A stretch of DNA of 64,000 nt from an uncultured Verrucomicrobiae bacterium (GCA_963804425.1 CAWDQF010000003.1:134722-198721); one strand, 5' to 3'; counted from the stretch's first letter, positions 1 through 11,669 are shown. Made by a program: numbers and translations. Notes: a model not told the origin generated them from the letters alone.

Positions 1-123
1 AGTTCCGGAGCAGCGAAGGAGCAATGGAAATACAAGAAACAGCTGCTCGAGGATAAGATGAGCCAACTCGATCAGCAGAAAGATCAGGCGAAAGACGACC
101 TCAAACGAAGATGGAATGACTGA
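1..123 (+). CDS. 3' end of a CDS entering from upstream (charged coiled-coil-like C-terminus)
   Basis: Frame 1 is open from the window edge to TGA at 121-123 (...KEQWKYKKQLLEDKMSQLDQQKDQAKDDLKRRWND). No family recognised. Confidence 0.4.
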   Translation, partial: SSGAAKEQWKYKKQLLEDKMSQLDQQKDQAKDDLKRRWND

Positions 124-161
124 GCTACGCTCATCGTAGAATCATGGGATTCCGGATCAGC

Positions 162-512
162 CTAGGATGCGTCCAAAACGATTCTAACCTCGGAATCTTC
201 GGCGGATGCGGAAGGTTCAGCCAGGCTCAGGGAGCAGCCAGGCGTCGAACAGGTCGTTGGCTTCGAAATTTCGATTCGGACCTTTCCGCCGAAAAGACTC
301 CAGGTGCGCGGGGCATGTCGCCACCAAGTATAACTGATTTGATCAGCCAGTCTTGAGCTCCCGGAACAAATCACCTTTACCATAAACCCCTGGCCTCTGA
401 ACAAGGCGGTCCGGTAATTTTCCAATTGTGGCACGGAGTGGTCCAGGAGAGAAGCGACACTGACCCCGATGAAAGCCGAGAAAGAGACGGCAATGAGGAT
501 TTTTCGTAGCAT
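162..512 (-). CDS. hypothetical protein with signal-peptide-like N-terminus
   Basis: Internal ATG gives MLRKILIAVSFSAFIGVSVASLL, which looks like a signal peptide. The rest has no recognisable motif. It is the only ORF filling this gap. Confidence 0.2.
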   Translation of the reverse strand: MLRKILIAVSFSAFIGVSVASLLDHSVPQLENYRTALFRGQGFMVKVICSGSSRLADQISYTWWRHAPRTWSLFGGKVRIEISKPTTCSTPGCSLSLAEPSASAEDSEVRIVLDAS

Positions 513-574
513 GTGCTTCCGAGTTGGGCCGCTAAGCCACATAGATAGCAGAGGGTTGACGCCGGGTCAAAAAA

Positions 575-1174
575 TTGATTTGCGCTCCAATTCGCGTCGT
601 GCGCAGTTGCGTGTTTCAATGTGAGGTGAGTTCGACCGATGCCTCCCAAGAAAGCCATCTGATCGAAATTCTTTGCACGCTGCAGGAGCGCGGGGTCGAC
701 TTTGTTGTTGCCGGAGGAGTGGCCATGGTATTGCACGGTGTCGAAAGAATGACTCTCGATCTGGATGTGGCAGTTTCCCTCGAGCCGGAAAATTTGAAAC
801 GCTTCTTGTCGGCTCTCAGCCAGCTGAATTTGGTTCCACGTGCGCCGATTCCCGCCAACACCATCCTTGATGCTGCTCGAGTAGAAGAGTTGATTCAGGA
901 AAAGAATGCGCTTGTCTTCACGTTTTGGAATCCGCAAGAACCGTATAGACAGATCGACATGTTTCTGACTCGGGAGAATAGCTTTGACGATCTGATGGCA
1001 GACGCTCATGCTTTGATCATCCGGGGGCGAACCATTCGAGTAGCGTCACGGCGGAAGTTGATCGAAATGAAAAGTCGCGTTCGTCCGATTCGCGAAAAAG
1101 ATCTGAATGACATAAAGGCCCTCACGAAAATCGACGAGTACAGATCGCCATCCGATGAAGAACCAAGAGCGTAG
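575..1174 (+). CDS. nucleotidyltransferase-fold protein (AbiEii/DUF6036-like)
   Basis: VVAGGVAMVLHGVERMTLDLDVAV matches the GG..hG..R.T.DlD pattern of minimal NTase-fold proteins. The C-terminal KDLNDIKAL is typical of this group. The true start is probably internal (GTG near 626). Confidence 0.55.
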   Translation: MICAPIRVVRSCVFQCEVSSTDASQESHLIEILCTLQERGVDFVVAGGVAMVLHGVERMTLDLDVAVSLEPENLKRFLSALSQLNLVPRAPIPANTILDAARVEELIQEKNALVFTFWNPQEPYRQIDMFLTRENSFDDLMADAHALIIRGRTIRVASRRKLIEMKSRVRPIREKDLNDIKALTKIDEYRSPSDEEPRA

Positions 1175-1355
1175 TCGACTTGGAATCAGTTTGTCCGTTT
1201 GGGCGGAATTACGTCCTGAGGATTTCGATGGCCATACGGAGTTCGCCCGGATGGATGCAGAGCAGCGACTCAGATGGCTTTCTGAAATTGCCAGATTCGT
1301 CTATGACGCCCGCCAATGCCAGGGAGCCGATAGATCCGGACATTCCGCGGATTGA
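1155..1355 (+). CDS. small hypothetical protein overlapping the NTase gene end
   Basis: 66-aa ORF starting 20 nt before the upstream stop, so it may be operonic. No family recognised. Confidence 0.35.
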   Translation: MKNQERSRLGISLSVWAELRPEDFDGHTEFARMDAEQRLRWLSEIARFVYDARQCQGADRSGHSAD

Positions 1356-1389
1356 GCGTTTGCTGGAAATATTTTCTTTTGGCTGAGGT

Positions 1390-3249
1390 ATGGTTTGCCC
1401 GAAATGCCGGTCCGAATCGGGTGCCCCTTTTTGTCCCGCTTGTGGACTTGATCTGCAAATCCATCGGCAGGTCGAAGGCCTGCAGAGAGAAGTTGCTGAG
1501 CTCCGCGAGCTTTTGACGAATCTTCGGTCAAGCTCTGTTCCGAGTTCGGCTGGTCCGAATGTAGTGAGGACTGGACCACTTCCACCGCCGCTCCCGACTC
1601 AATCCGGAGGAGACCGCCGAAGCTCCGGGGCGGTTAGGCCGCAGCCCAGAACCCAGAGCCGCCCGCCAGCGCGGTCCGCAGAATTGGCCCTAGGCCAAAG
1701 ATGGTTCTTGGGAATTGGGGTCTTCGTGCTGCTCCTCGCCATCGGTTTTTTCCTCAAATATGCCTTCGATGAACAATGGATCCGTCCCCCGGTGCAAATT
1801 ACCATCGGGCTGTTTGCTGGCATCCTCCTTATTGGTGGAGGGGAAATTTGTCGCCGCCGCCGTTGGGCGGGACTCGATATTGGCTTCGCCGCGTTGGGCC
1901 TGGGGGCTCTTTATCTTAGCATTTATGCTGCCAACCAAATCTATCGCCTGCTGCCAGATGGTTTGACGATTTTTATCGTCTTAGTCATCAGCGCTTTCGG
2001 ATTGCTGCTCTCTTATTTGTGGGATTCCCGAGTCTTGGCCATTTTGAGTTTCTTGGGTGGCTACTTGTCACCGCTATTGTTTCATGCCGACGAGTTGGGC
2101 AACTGGGTATTTTTCGGCTACTTGTCGGCTCTGAATATCGCCACTGCCGGGTTGGCCTATGTGAAGCGCTGGTCTTCGGTCTCCTGGTTTGGCGCAATCC
2201 TGAGCTGGAGCGCATTCCAGGTCTGGTCATCCAGCCACGCGACCGGTGAACAGTGGGGATACGCTTTTTGTTTCACTCAATTAGTTTTTTTTCTCTACTC
2301 GATATTTCCTTTCCTACGGCTCCGTGCTCCGGTGCTTGGCTGGCGGCTAACTGGCGTCGGGATCGCACTGATCAACGGCTGGCTCTGCGCCTGGAAGTCC
2401 GCCGAACTCTTGCGGTACGAGAAAATTCCGGTATCGCTCGTTACCTTGGCCTACTCGGTCGCAGCGCTCTCTCTTGCTCTCATATTCTGGCGCCGTTCAT
2501 ACGGACCGGCCGTGACCTGGCTCATTGCCCAGGGACTGATCTACTTGCTGGTAGCCTGGGCCGCGATCCTTTCGGATAGCTGGACTGCGGTATTTTGGGC
2601 AGCCCAGACCGTTGCTACCTATTGGATTGCCGCAAAGGCCAAGGATCGCGTGCTCTTACACGGCACGATTGTCCTCGGCATCGTCGTGACATTTCGATTT
2701 CTCTTTGTCGATGTCGACATTCTTGGCTTTTCTCTCGCTAATGAACGGTTTTTCGACGGCCTTTTCTCTCGCTGGTTGATCGGAATGGTCGTCGTCTCGT
2801 GTTTATTTACGGTCTCTTGGCTGGCCGCTCGTGCCATCGTCAACGGCGTGCATCCCAACTTGGCCCGCTGGTTTGAGATCGTCGGACTGATCAGCCTTTT
2901 CGGGTTCCTCAATGCGGAACTCGAACGGGCCACCTGGGAATGGTATTTCCCGACTACCTTGGCCGCGTTCTCTATACTCTGGACTCTATTTGCTGCCTTG
3001 CTGCTGGTAATCGGCTTTCTTTGGAAACGAAAGTTTTATCGGATCAGCGCGATTATTCTCCTGTTCCTCACCGTAGCAAAGGTGCTCATCTTCGATACCG
3101 CGGAAGTGAGTGCTCCGTACCGCATATTTTCTTGCGCTGTATTAGGAGCCATTTTGGTAGCGTTGTCTGCGCTCTATTACCGTTTCGCAATGCGCCTCTT
3201 GCCCGCCCAACCCGCCGATTCCGTGGCTGCAAAGGAATACGATTGTTAG
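1390..3249 (+). CDS. DUF2339-like polytopic membrane protein with N-terminal zinc ribbon
   Basis: N-terminal CPKC...CPAC zinc ribbon, a short coiled coil and a Pro/Ser-rich linker, then more than 12 hydrophobic helices. This architecture is typical of DUF2339. Confidence 0.8.
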   Translation: MVCPKCRSESGAPFCPACGLDLQIHRQVEGLQREVAELRELLTNLRSSSVPSSAGPNVVRTGPLPPPLPTQSGGDRRSSGAVRPQPRTQSRPPARSAELALGQRWFLGIGVFVLLLAIGFFLKYAFDEQWIRPPVQITIGLFAGILLIGGGEICRRRRWAGLDIGFAALGLGALYLSIYAANQIYRLLPDGLTIFIVLVISAFGLLLSYLWDSRVLAILSFLGGYLSPLLFHADELGNWVFFGYLSALNIATAGLAYVKRWSSVSWFGAILSWSAFQVWSSSHATGEQWGYAFCFTQLVFFLYSIFPFLRLRAPVLGWRLTGVGIALINGWLCAWKSAELLRYEKIPVSLVTLAYSVAALSLALIFWRRSYGPAVTWLIAQGLIYLLVAWAAILSDSWTAVFWAAQTVATYWIAAKAKDRVLLHGTIVLGIVVTFRFLFVDVDILGFSLANERFFDGLFSRWLIGMVVVSCLFTVSWLAARAIVNGVHPNLARWFEIVGLISLFGFLNAELERATWEWYFPTTLAAFSILWTLFAALLLVIGFLWKRKFYRISAIILLFLTVAKVLIFDTAEVSAPYRIFSCAVLGAILVALSALYYRFAMRLLPAQPADSVAAKEYDC

Positions 3250-4193
3250 GCCGCTGCCGCGGCCCGAACCGCCGGAAGCGCTTCCTCCAAACTGGCTAGG
3301 TCTCCGATGGATATCACTTCAGTGCCTTTGCGGATCCGTGTCACCAGACCGGTCAGGACCGATCCCGGACCAAGCTCTAAGAAAAGATCGCATCCTGCGT
3401 GATCAAGCAGGTACTCAATGCTTTCGGTCCATCGCACCGAATTGGTTACCTGATTGCCCAAAGTCGTTCGAATTTCCTCCGGCTCATACACCGGCCGCGC
3501 CGTGGCGTTTGCCACCACGGTCAATAGCGGACGCTGGATTCCAGCCGTTGCTAGCTCTGCTTGCAGCCGTTGCCGCGCGCTTTGCATCAGTCGCGAATGG
3601 AAAGCGCCGGCCACGGTCAGTGGTACTGACCGGCGGACTCCCTTTGTTTTGGCCAGAGCGATTGCCTTTTCGATTTTGCCAGACTCGCCGGATAAGACAA
3701 TTTGTCCGGGAGCATTCAGGTTCGCCACATCGACATCGGCTTCGGCCGCGATTTGCTGCACCAGCGATTCTTCGCCTCCTACCAAGGCCGCCATCGCACC
3801 CTTCGTCTCGTTGCACGCCTCTTCCATAAATCGACCTCGCTGCGCAACCAGATTTAGCCCTGTGGCAAAATCAAAGGTCCCAGCAGCCGCGTGAGCCGTG
3901 AATTCGCCGAGCGATAGACCTGCGACCGCGACGGTCGGAACTGCGCCAATTTCTTCTTCCAGCACCCGAAACAGAGCCAGACCGTGTACATAAAGCGCAG
4001 GCTGACAATTCGAGGTCTTGGTCAGTTCTTCCATCGGACCGGCAAAGGAGAGCTGGCTAAGTGATCTGCCCAAGCGGCGATCGGCCTGCGCGAACAGATT
4101 CGCAGCCACCGCGTAACGGCCGGCAAGATCTTTTCCCATCCCAACCTGCTGGGCGCCTTGTCCTGAAAAGAGAAGCGCGATCTTCCTCGGCAT
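3246..4193 (-). CDS. fabD: malonyl-CoA:ACP transacylase
   Basis: ALLFSGQGAQQVGMG, GLSLGEFTA (GxSxG nucleophile) and GAFHS motifs. Start moved to ATG 4193 (MPRKIALLF). Confidence 0.93.
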   Translation of the reverse strand: MPRKIALLFSGQGAQQVGMGKDLAGRYAVAANLFAQADRRLGRSLSQLSFAGPMEELTKTSNCQPALYVHGLALFRVLEEEIGAVPTVAVAGLSLGEFTAHAAAGTFDFATGLNLVAQRGRFMEEACNETKGAMAALVGGEESLVQQIAAEADVDVANLNAPGQIVLSGESGKIEKAIALAKTKGVRRSVPLTVAGAFHSRLMQSARQRLQAELATAGIQRPLLTVVANATARPVYEPEEIRTTLGNQVTNSVRWTESIEYLLDHAGCDLFLELGPGSVLTGLVTRIRKGTEVISIGDLASLEEALPAVRAAAAA

Positions 4194-4225
4194 AGGGTGA
4201 CGATGAAGAATCAAGCCACCCTCGT

Positions 4226-4338
4226 CAATCGGCGCCTCAGCCCAAGATCATTCGCCAATCCTGACCGGCGTGACATTGTCGGCGTTGCTCGATCTGGAGG
4301 GATGGCAGAGGCGTTTAATGCACGGTCTTTTAATCCAA
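4226..4338 (+). repeat. copy A of a leader plus tRNA-Ser 5'-half repeat (tRNA-like part 4296-4338 is degenerate)
   Basis: Aligns colinearly with 7118-7231. It carries GGAGGGATGGCAGAG (acceptor plus D arm), but the anticodon arm no longer pairs and there is no T arm. Confidence 0.7.
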
Positions 4339-4759
4339 GTAACTGCTTTGTAAGTAAGGGTTTACGTTGGATAGAACACGAGCATAAGCGAACAAATGCG
4401 CACCGAAACGAGACCGAATCCGTCAAGATGCCGCCAAACGAATTTGCGGCTTCTCCCCGTCGCGTTCTGCGATTCCAGAAGCACCTTTTTGACGCCGATA
4501 GCTCCCACAAAACTACCAGAAATTCTAAAGTTTCGAGTTGTACTGCCGTACTATCTACCATGGTGAAGAGGTGCTTGATCCGGCCGGCAAGCTGGCTCGT
4601 GTGGGTTGAGCCGTTGGCGGCCCAATTTGATCCCGCGTACGATTTGGCTCTCTCTTGGAGACGAATCGATGCTCTGACCTCCCATCACCGGACGAACCAA
4701 GCCGAATTGATCGATTGGTTTATTCCACGTCCAGCGGTTGGTGCTATCAGGTTCTTCCA

Positions 4760-6949
<2,190 letters not shown>

Positions 6950-7117
6950 GCTGAAATATTTTGCGGCCGTATTTTCGCAATTGAATCGTGGACTGACCCG
7001 CCGTTTTGCAGCTTGAAGGTGGAACCGTTTGTTGTCTATTTTCTGTCGCGTGGAAGCCAGATTGATGCTTCCTCGAAAATGCGAGCAGGGTAATCTGAGT
7101 CCGCTCAATCCAGCGTC

Positions 7118-7231
7118 CAATCGGCGTCTCAGCCCAAGATCATTTTCCAAACCTAACCGGCGTGGCATTGTTGGCGTTGCTCGATCCGGAGGGATGGCAG
7201 AGTGGTCGATTGCACCGGTCTTGAAAACCGA
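7118..7231 (+). repeat. copy B of the leader plus tRNA-Ser 5'-half repeat
   Basis: I count about 8 mismatches to copy A over the first ~88 nt by manual alignment. It ends in a well-preserved tRNA 5' half. Confidence 0.75.
7188..7231 (+). pseudogene. tRNA-Ser 5' fragment (acceptor, D arm, anticodon arm; no variable or T arm)
   Basis: GGAGGGA-TG-GCAGAGTGGTCGATTGC-A-CCGGT-CTTGAAA-ACCGA. The anticodon arm matches the intact tRNA-Ser at 12809 except for the last base. Similarity ends at 7231. Confidence 0.75.
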
Positions 7232-7312
7232 TAATTACCCTAGGCAAAATCTCAACCCCTCGAAGAACAGCTAATAGAGCCGAACCAAAACGAACGTGAG
7301 TGAATCAAAATG

Positions 7313-7377
7313 TGGCAACAAACTGGCAACACTTGTAAGCACTCGGTCTGTTGCCAAGCTGTTGCCAGAAACTGGCA
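7313..7377. promoter_or_regulatory. cluster of TGGCAAC/GTTGCCA motifs (candidate recombinase or arm-type sites)
   Basis: TGGCAAC at 7313 and 7324 (direct), GTTGCCA at 7350 and 7361 (inverted), TGGCA at 7373. The same heptamer occurs twice at the other island end. Confidence 0.35.
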
Positions 7378-7477
7378 TGATGAGCCATTAAAGAACGGTC
7401 GCTAGACAAGGTTTTTGGATAGCTTAGCGAGGGGCCGCAAATTTGAGCCGAACAGTAGGCTAAGAAAGTGGAGAGTT

Positions 7478-7690
7478 ATGAGGCAAAGACGCAAAAAACA
7501 CGTGGTGCTTGATCCGGAGGATTTCTCGGAAATCGCCCTGGAGAAGTGCGCACAGCGTGCGCAAGATATGACGGATATCGCCGCAGGCCGGCGAACGCCG
7601 GAACAAGTTCAACGGGACAACGATTTGCTTGGGATCGATCCAAGGCCATTTGAGATCATGGACATGGTCAAAGCGTGTGAGCGGCTTTGA
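7478..7690 (+). CDS. small hypothetical protein
   Basis: ATG at 7478 is preceded by GGAGAG at 4-nt spacing. 70 aa (MRQRRKKHVVLDPEDF...). No family recognised. Confidence 0.4.
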   Translation: MRQRRKKHVVLDPEDFSEIALEKCAQRAQDMTDIAAGRRTPEQVQRDNDLLGIDPRPFEIMDMVKACERL

Positions 7691-7934
7691 GCCGAGCTTT
7701 GGCTTGCAGAATGGCCACGAAATTCCCGACGCGCATCATGGCGTCAAGTTCCTGACACTCCTCTTCGGAGAGAGTGCCTTCGGTGCATTTGTCGGCCAGT
7801 TCTTGGATTCTGGCCTGCATGTCGGCATCGGCGCGTAGCCGCAGCAGCGACTCAGCGCTCTTTCGGTCAAGGCATTGACCGACAGCGGCTAGCACGCGGT
7901 CCAATGTGTTGTTGGCTGAATCGGCGGGCACCAT
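7668..7934 (-). CDS. small helical protein, antitoxin-like (no adjacent toxin)
   Basis: LRLRADADMQARIQELADKCTEGTLSEEECQELDAMMRVGNFVAILQAKARL resembles small proteins I recall pairing with PIN toxins in cyanobacteria and planctomycetes. This is a recollection, not a search result. Confidence 0.5.
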   Translation of the reverse strand: MVPADSANNTLDRVLAAVGQCLDRKSAESLLRLRADADMQARIQELADKCTEGTLSEEECQELDAMMRVGNFVAILQAKARLKAAHTL

Positions 7935-7970
7935 TGGTCAGGTGGTTGACGTGTGCAGTCCGAGATGGCT

Positions 7971-8213
7971 CTACTCGGCTTTAATCTTTTCGTACAACCA
8001 GGTTTTGATCAAAGATTGCCTGGAAATCCCTCTCACGCCGGCGGCCAAATCCAGCTTGGTTAAAAGAGCAAGCGGGAGATCGACATTGACGCGTTGGGTC
8101 GCAGGGACGTCGTGGTTAGGGATTATTTTGTGTTCAACAATTTCGGTAGAATCCTCTCCGGCATCAATTCGCCGGTCGAACTCTTCGGTGCTCATTTTCT
8201 TAGCTCTGGCCAT
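7971..8213 (-). CDS. brnA: BrnA-type (ribbon-helix-helix) antitoxin
   Basis: FDRRIDAGED...RVNVDLPLALLTKLDLAAGVRGISRQSLIKTWLYEKI matches the BrnA pattern (...krvnvdlP..ll..LD..A...GisRqalIK.wl). Start set at MARAKKMS. Confidence 0.8.
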   Translation of the reverse strand: MARAKKMSTEEFDRRIDAGEDSTEIVEHKIIPNHDVPATQRVNVDLPLALLTKLDLAAGVRGISRQSLIKTWLYEKIKAE

Positions 8214-8470
8214 ATAATTTCTCCTCCGATCGTTTTGCCTTGTGAAACTGAAATGAAGCGGATGTTTTCGTTGCGGATCGTGTAAACGATGCGCCAAATT
8301 GCGCCGGAAAAACCAACGATGCGAACAAACCTGGCTTGGGGTTCAGTCATGGCTTGAAGTGTGATAGCTTTTTGATCGTGCCACACGACCTGAGCTTGCT
8401 CAAAAATTGAACAGAAATTCCGTTGCCGCATTCTGTGTAGTATAGAGGGCACACTCATGAAAAAATACAT
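8192..8470 (-). CDS. brnT: BrnT-type (DUF497) toxin, start uncertain
   Basis: ARFVRIVGFSGAIWRIVYTIRNENIRFISV matches the BrnT core (ERf..iG...g.il.VvyT.Rg..iRiIS). It lies upstream of and overlaps brnA, as in brnTA operons. The N- and C-terminal regions are atypical. Confidence 0.6.
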   Translation of the reverse strand: MYFFMSVPSILHRMRQRNFCSIFEQAQVVWHDQKAITLQAMTEPQARFVRIVGFSGAIWRIVYTIRNENIRFISVSQGKTIGGEIIWPELRK

Positions 8471-8804
8471 GCTCACATTCTTTGGCGGCAACATGTCGCT
8501 TCGGTACGAGAATCTTGATACGGCAGACAAAGAGGCTCGGAAAAAGCATATGGCTGCCTGGGGGAAATGGATGGCTGACCTTTCGAAGGCCAAAAGGCTG
8601 GAGGTCGGATACCCGTTGGAACCGGACGGGAAACGGATCGATCAGAGCGGCGCCGAAGATTACCGCTTTCCCGATACTACGGAAGGTGGCTTCATCATCA
8701 TAAACGCGGAATCATTGGAAGATGCCGCGGAAATCGCGGCAGAGGCGCCCATTATCGGGAATGGCGGACATATTCTCGTGCGCCCGTGCGGGGAGATGAA
8801 ATAA
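8457..8804 (+). CDS. YciI/DGPF-like family protein
   Basis: MKKYMLTFFG start, correct size, and a GGFIIINAESLEDAAEIA...P segment characteristic of YCII-related proteins. Confidence 0.75.
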   Translation: MKKYMLTFFGGNMSLRYENLDTADKEARKKHMAAWGKWMADLSKAKRLEVGYPLEPDGKRIDQSGAEDYRFPDTTEGGFIIINAESLEDAAEIAAEAPIIGNGGHILVRPCGEMK

Positions 8805-9252
8805 CTTATTATAGAACAGCCCACAGGGGCGGATGACAATAGAACCTTCTGCGCACCGTACTCCACAGTGACAATCTTTTATCGGAGTGACCCGCGTGCC
8901 TATTATTTCGCAGATCATCTGGCACTAATGAAATCTTAGGCTCTGTGGAAATCAAACTGACTCACTACCGGATTCTTCGCCTGACCTCACGAAAACGGAA
9001 AAAATCGTACGCTTAGGCCTTCCAAGGATCATCCGACTAAAAGAAAACGCTCCAGAACTCGATTACAGCTCGTTTTACGGCAAAACGGGTTGGAAGACCA
9101 ACTGCTTTGTGATGGAGGTTGAGCGTTCTTTCTGAGTGCATTCGCACTCCAGTCCACGAGGAGAGAGCTCCTTACCGTACTTAAATTTCCGTTTCGTGTG
9201 CGCACCCCTTAATGATGCCATAATGTCCTTTCCTTTTTGATTTGTTGATGCG

Positions 9253-9981
9253 TCACACAGGGTTTTTCGGCGGTGCCGGGACGAAAGCCGCAAACTGGCG
9301 CTCGAGCGCCTTGGCCGCGCCCGTGCGCCACGCCTCAGCGATGGATTGGGACGCCGGATCGGGGAAGATCTCCTCTTCCCCTCTCTCCATTCCATCGAAA
9401 ATGCCCGCTGCCGCGGACTCGGGAGAGGCTTTCGGTATCTCAAAACCGCGGTTCATATCGGTGTCGATGGGGCCGAGAATGACGGCATGGACCATTACTC
9501 CTTGGCCAGCCAAGATTGCTCTCAGTGATTGCGTCATGTTCAACGCGGCTGCCTTCGAAATGGAGTACGCGGGTATAACCGGCAAGGCTGCAAGCGCCAC
9601 CAACGAGAGATTGTTGACGATGGCACCTTTGGAGCGTGTCAGCAGCGGCAGGAAAGCGCGCGACATATTGAGCGGACCAAAGAAATTGACAGCTAAGTGC
9701 TGTTCGATCACCTCGAAATTGCTCAGATCGTCGTAGATCGCAACGCCCGCATTATTTATAAGAATGTCAAGGGTATCTATTTCGGTGGCCGCCCGCTGAA
9801 TCTGCGAGGCGCTCGTCACGTCCAAAGTTACAGGCGTCACGCGTTTGTCAGGATGTCGGATTGCGTTGCGCGCACCCGCATATACCCGCTTCGCGCCACG
9901 CTTGAGTGCCTCTTCGACGAGAGCTCGACCAATGCCCCGGTTGGAGCCGGTGACCAAGACTGTTTTATTTGCGATAGCCAT
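9253..9981 (-). CDS. short-chain dehydrogenase/reductase (SDR)
   Basis: TGSNRGIG cofactor motif, NNAG, and catalytic YSISKAA (YxxxK). Confidence 0.9.
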   Translation of the reverse strand: MAIANKTVLVTGSNRGIGRALVEEALKRGAKRVYAGARNAIRHPDKRVTPVTLDVTSASQIQRAATEIDTLDILINNAGVAIYDDLSNFEVIEQHLAVNFFGPLNMSRAFLPLLTRSKGAIVNNLSLVALAALPVIPAYSISKAAALNMTQSLRAILAGQGVMVHAVILGPIDTDMNRGFEIPKASPESAAAGIFDGMERGEEEIFPDPASQSIAEAWRTGAAKALERQFAAFVPAPPKNPV

Positions 9982-9996
9982 GTTGTTTTTGCTTTC

Positions 9997-10116
9997 CTAT
10001 TTTGCTTTGAGTTTTCGTCCTGTCGTCGTCTCACCCGGCCTTGGTTTGGGATGGTCTTCCTCAACCAATTTGAGATTTTCCAGGCCTCCCGGCGCTCTCA
10101 GCTTAACCAGCCTCAT
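9997..10116 (-). pseudogene. N-terminal fragment of a zinc-type (MDR) quinone oxidoreductase / alcohol dehydrogenase
   Basis: MRLVKLRAPGGLENLKLVEEDHPKPRPGE is the canonical MDR N-terminus, followed by unrelated residues and a stop after 39 aa. Confidence 0.4.
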
Positions 10117-10857
10117 GAATATCTCCCCTGAATCGCCGCGACACGTCGGAGGCACCGTGGGCCACTAACCGATTGTCGATTAGTGGTGCGTCGCTGAAGA
10201 CATCGATTAGGCCTGAATCTAGCTTGATAGTCGAAGTAAACTCGGTGGTTTGATGTTCGGCGCTTGTGCATGTCGGGCATTTCCGGTTGCTTCTTCTCGT
10301 GTCTTAGTTGGCGGAGTAGACTTAAGTGGGAATATCGAGGCAGCGAGAGTTACAAGTGTGGCGGGATTCTAGAAGGACTCGATGATCACGGCGTCGCACA
10401 ATCGCAATCGGTACGGCGCGCCACGAGCGCTCGGCTGACCGTCTCACCTTTGCAACGGTTGCAGCGAACGGGTGCGGGAGCCGCGCCTGTAGGCGCATCC
10501 GAGCTCAAAACACCGAAATTCCGTGCCGGGCCTTCTTACCTTCCGGGCCTTTGGAACCGCGCTGGTCGATGGAGCAAGCGCTCACCGCCATCATCCAGGA
10601 GGCATGGATCAGACCGGAAAACCCAGACGCAGCGCCCCTTGTAGAGGGGGAGGATTTCGCTGCTGACGTACGATCTGAGGGATCGCGAAACGCGCGGACG
10701 TCTTTCGAATCGCGCTTTATCACACCTGCTGCGGAACGTGTCGGGGCTGCGTGGCGGCGCGGGGCCATAGCGCCGGCGTGCCGTTGGCGATGATGATCGT
10801 CGGCGCCGAGTAGCCGATGCGCCTCGCCCGGCTGACGCTGGATGCTGCCGCCACCGA

Positions 10858-11244
10858 CTAGATCGCGGCCGCGCCGGCCTGGAGCCGACGGAAGAAGAAG
10901 TACGACGCGCCCCAGAGAACCCCGGTCCCCACCGGCCAGCTCCACGCCTCGACCCCATCGCCGACGGCGAGGTGGGCGACCAGCGCCGAGACGAGCGTGA
11001 TGGCGAAGCCGGCGTAGGCCCACTCCTTGAGCCGCGCGGGGACCATGGGGAGGAGCAGTGCGGCCACGCCAGCCAGCTTGGCCCACGAGAGCTCGATGCG
11101 GAAATAGGCGGGGAAGCCGAGGTGGGCGAAGGCCTCGGCCACCTGGGGGAGCCGCAGCTGGGCGTAGGCGGTGAAGCTCATCTGGAGCGCGAAGAGCGCC
11201 GTGGAGATCCAGAAGCCGACGACCAGCCCCTTGGAGGCCTTCAT
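10858..11244 (-). CDS. DoxX family membrane protein
   Basis: 128 aa with four hydrophobic helices. KLAGVAALLLP...EWAYAGFAI pattern as in DoxX. Last gene of an ArsR-SRPBCC-DoxX operon. Confidence 0.8.
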   Translation of the reverse strand: MKASKGLVVGFWISTALFALQMSFTAYAQLRLPQVAEAFAHLGFPAYFRIELSWAKLAGVAALLLPMVPARLKEWAYAGFAITLVSALVAHLAVGDGVEAWSWPVGTGVLWGASYFFFRRLQAGAAAI

Positions 11245-11669
11245 CTTACACCCCCTTCGAGCACCCGCTCCAGACCGCCGAAGAATTTCTGCCAGCCGTA
11301 GTTTGCACCCTGATAAGCTGCCTGCTGATCGGGACGGAAGCCGGACTGCTCCATGCGAACGTGGGTGCCGCCCTCCGCTGGAGTCAACGTCCAGAGCACA
11401 ACGGAGTTAAGCCCCAAAGAACTCCAGCTATAGGAGAGCCGTTTTAAGTGATCGACGATCAGCACCTCACAGTCGATAACACCATCCCAGTTCGGCATGG
11501 GTTCGGACCGGAATTGGAACTTCCGCCCGACCACCGGTTCGAAGTCATTTTTCATCAGCCATTGCGCGATGAGCGGGTTCTCGGTGAGCGCGCGCCACAG
11601 CTTTTCTGGCGGATGTGGGAATACCCTCTCGATCACAAGGGTACGGGTACTCTCTGCTGGATTACTCAT
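11241..11669 (-). CDS. SRPBCC / AHSA1-domain protein
   Basis: LVIERVFPHPPEKLWRALTENPLIAQWL and GGTHVRMEQSGF are typical of Aha1/SRPBCC proteins encoded next to ArsR regulators. It has 4-nt overlaps with both neighbours. Confidence 0.85.
   Translation of the reverse strand: MSNPAESTRTLVIERVFPHPPEKLWRALTENPLIAQWLMKNDFEPVVGRKFQFRSEPMPNWDGVIDCEVLIVDHLKRLSYSWSSLGLNSVVLWTLTPAEGGTHVRMEQSGFRPDQQAAYQGANYGWQKFFGGLERVLEGGVR

Noticed and set aside
377-1009. 210-aa ORF antisense to the NTase-fold gene
   Set aside because: It has no motifs and overlaps a gene with a recognisable NTase signature.
9075-9443. 122-aa ORF overlapping the SDR 3' end, with an internal 48-aa ORF (MASLRGAHTKRKF…) downstream of the SDR
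   Set aside because: The translation is basic and low-complexity. There is no RBS or motif support.
10505-11301. Several long overlapping ORFs (10505-11086, 10536-10958, 10972-11301, 10551-10793) in the GC-rich patch
   Set aside because: Arg/Gly/Pro-rich shadow frames are expected in high-GC DNA, and they overlap the well-supported DoxX gene. None has a recognisable motif.
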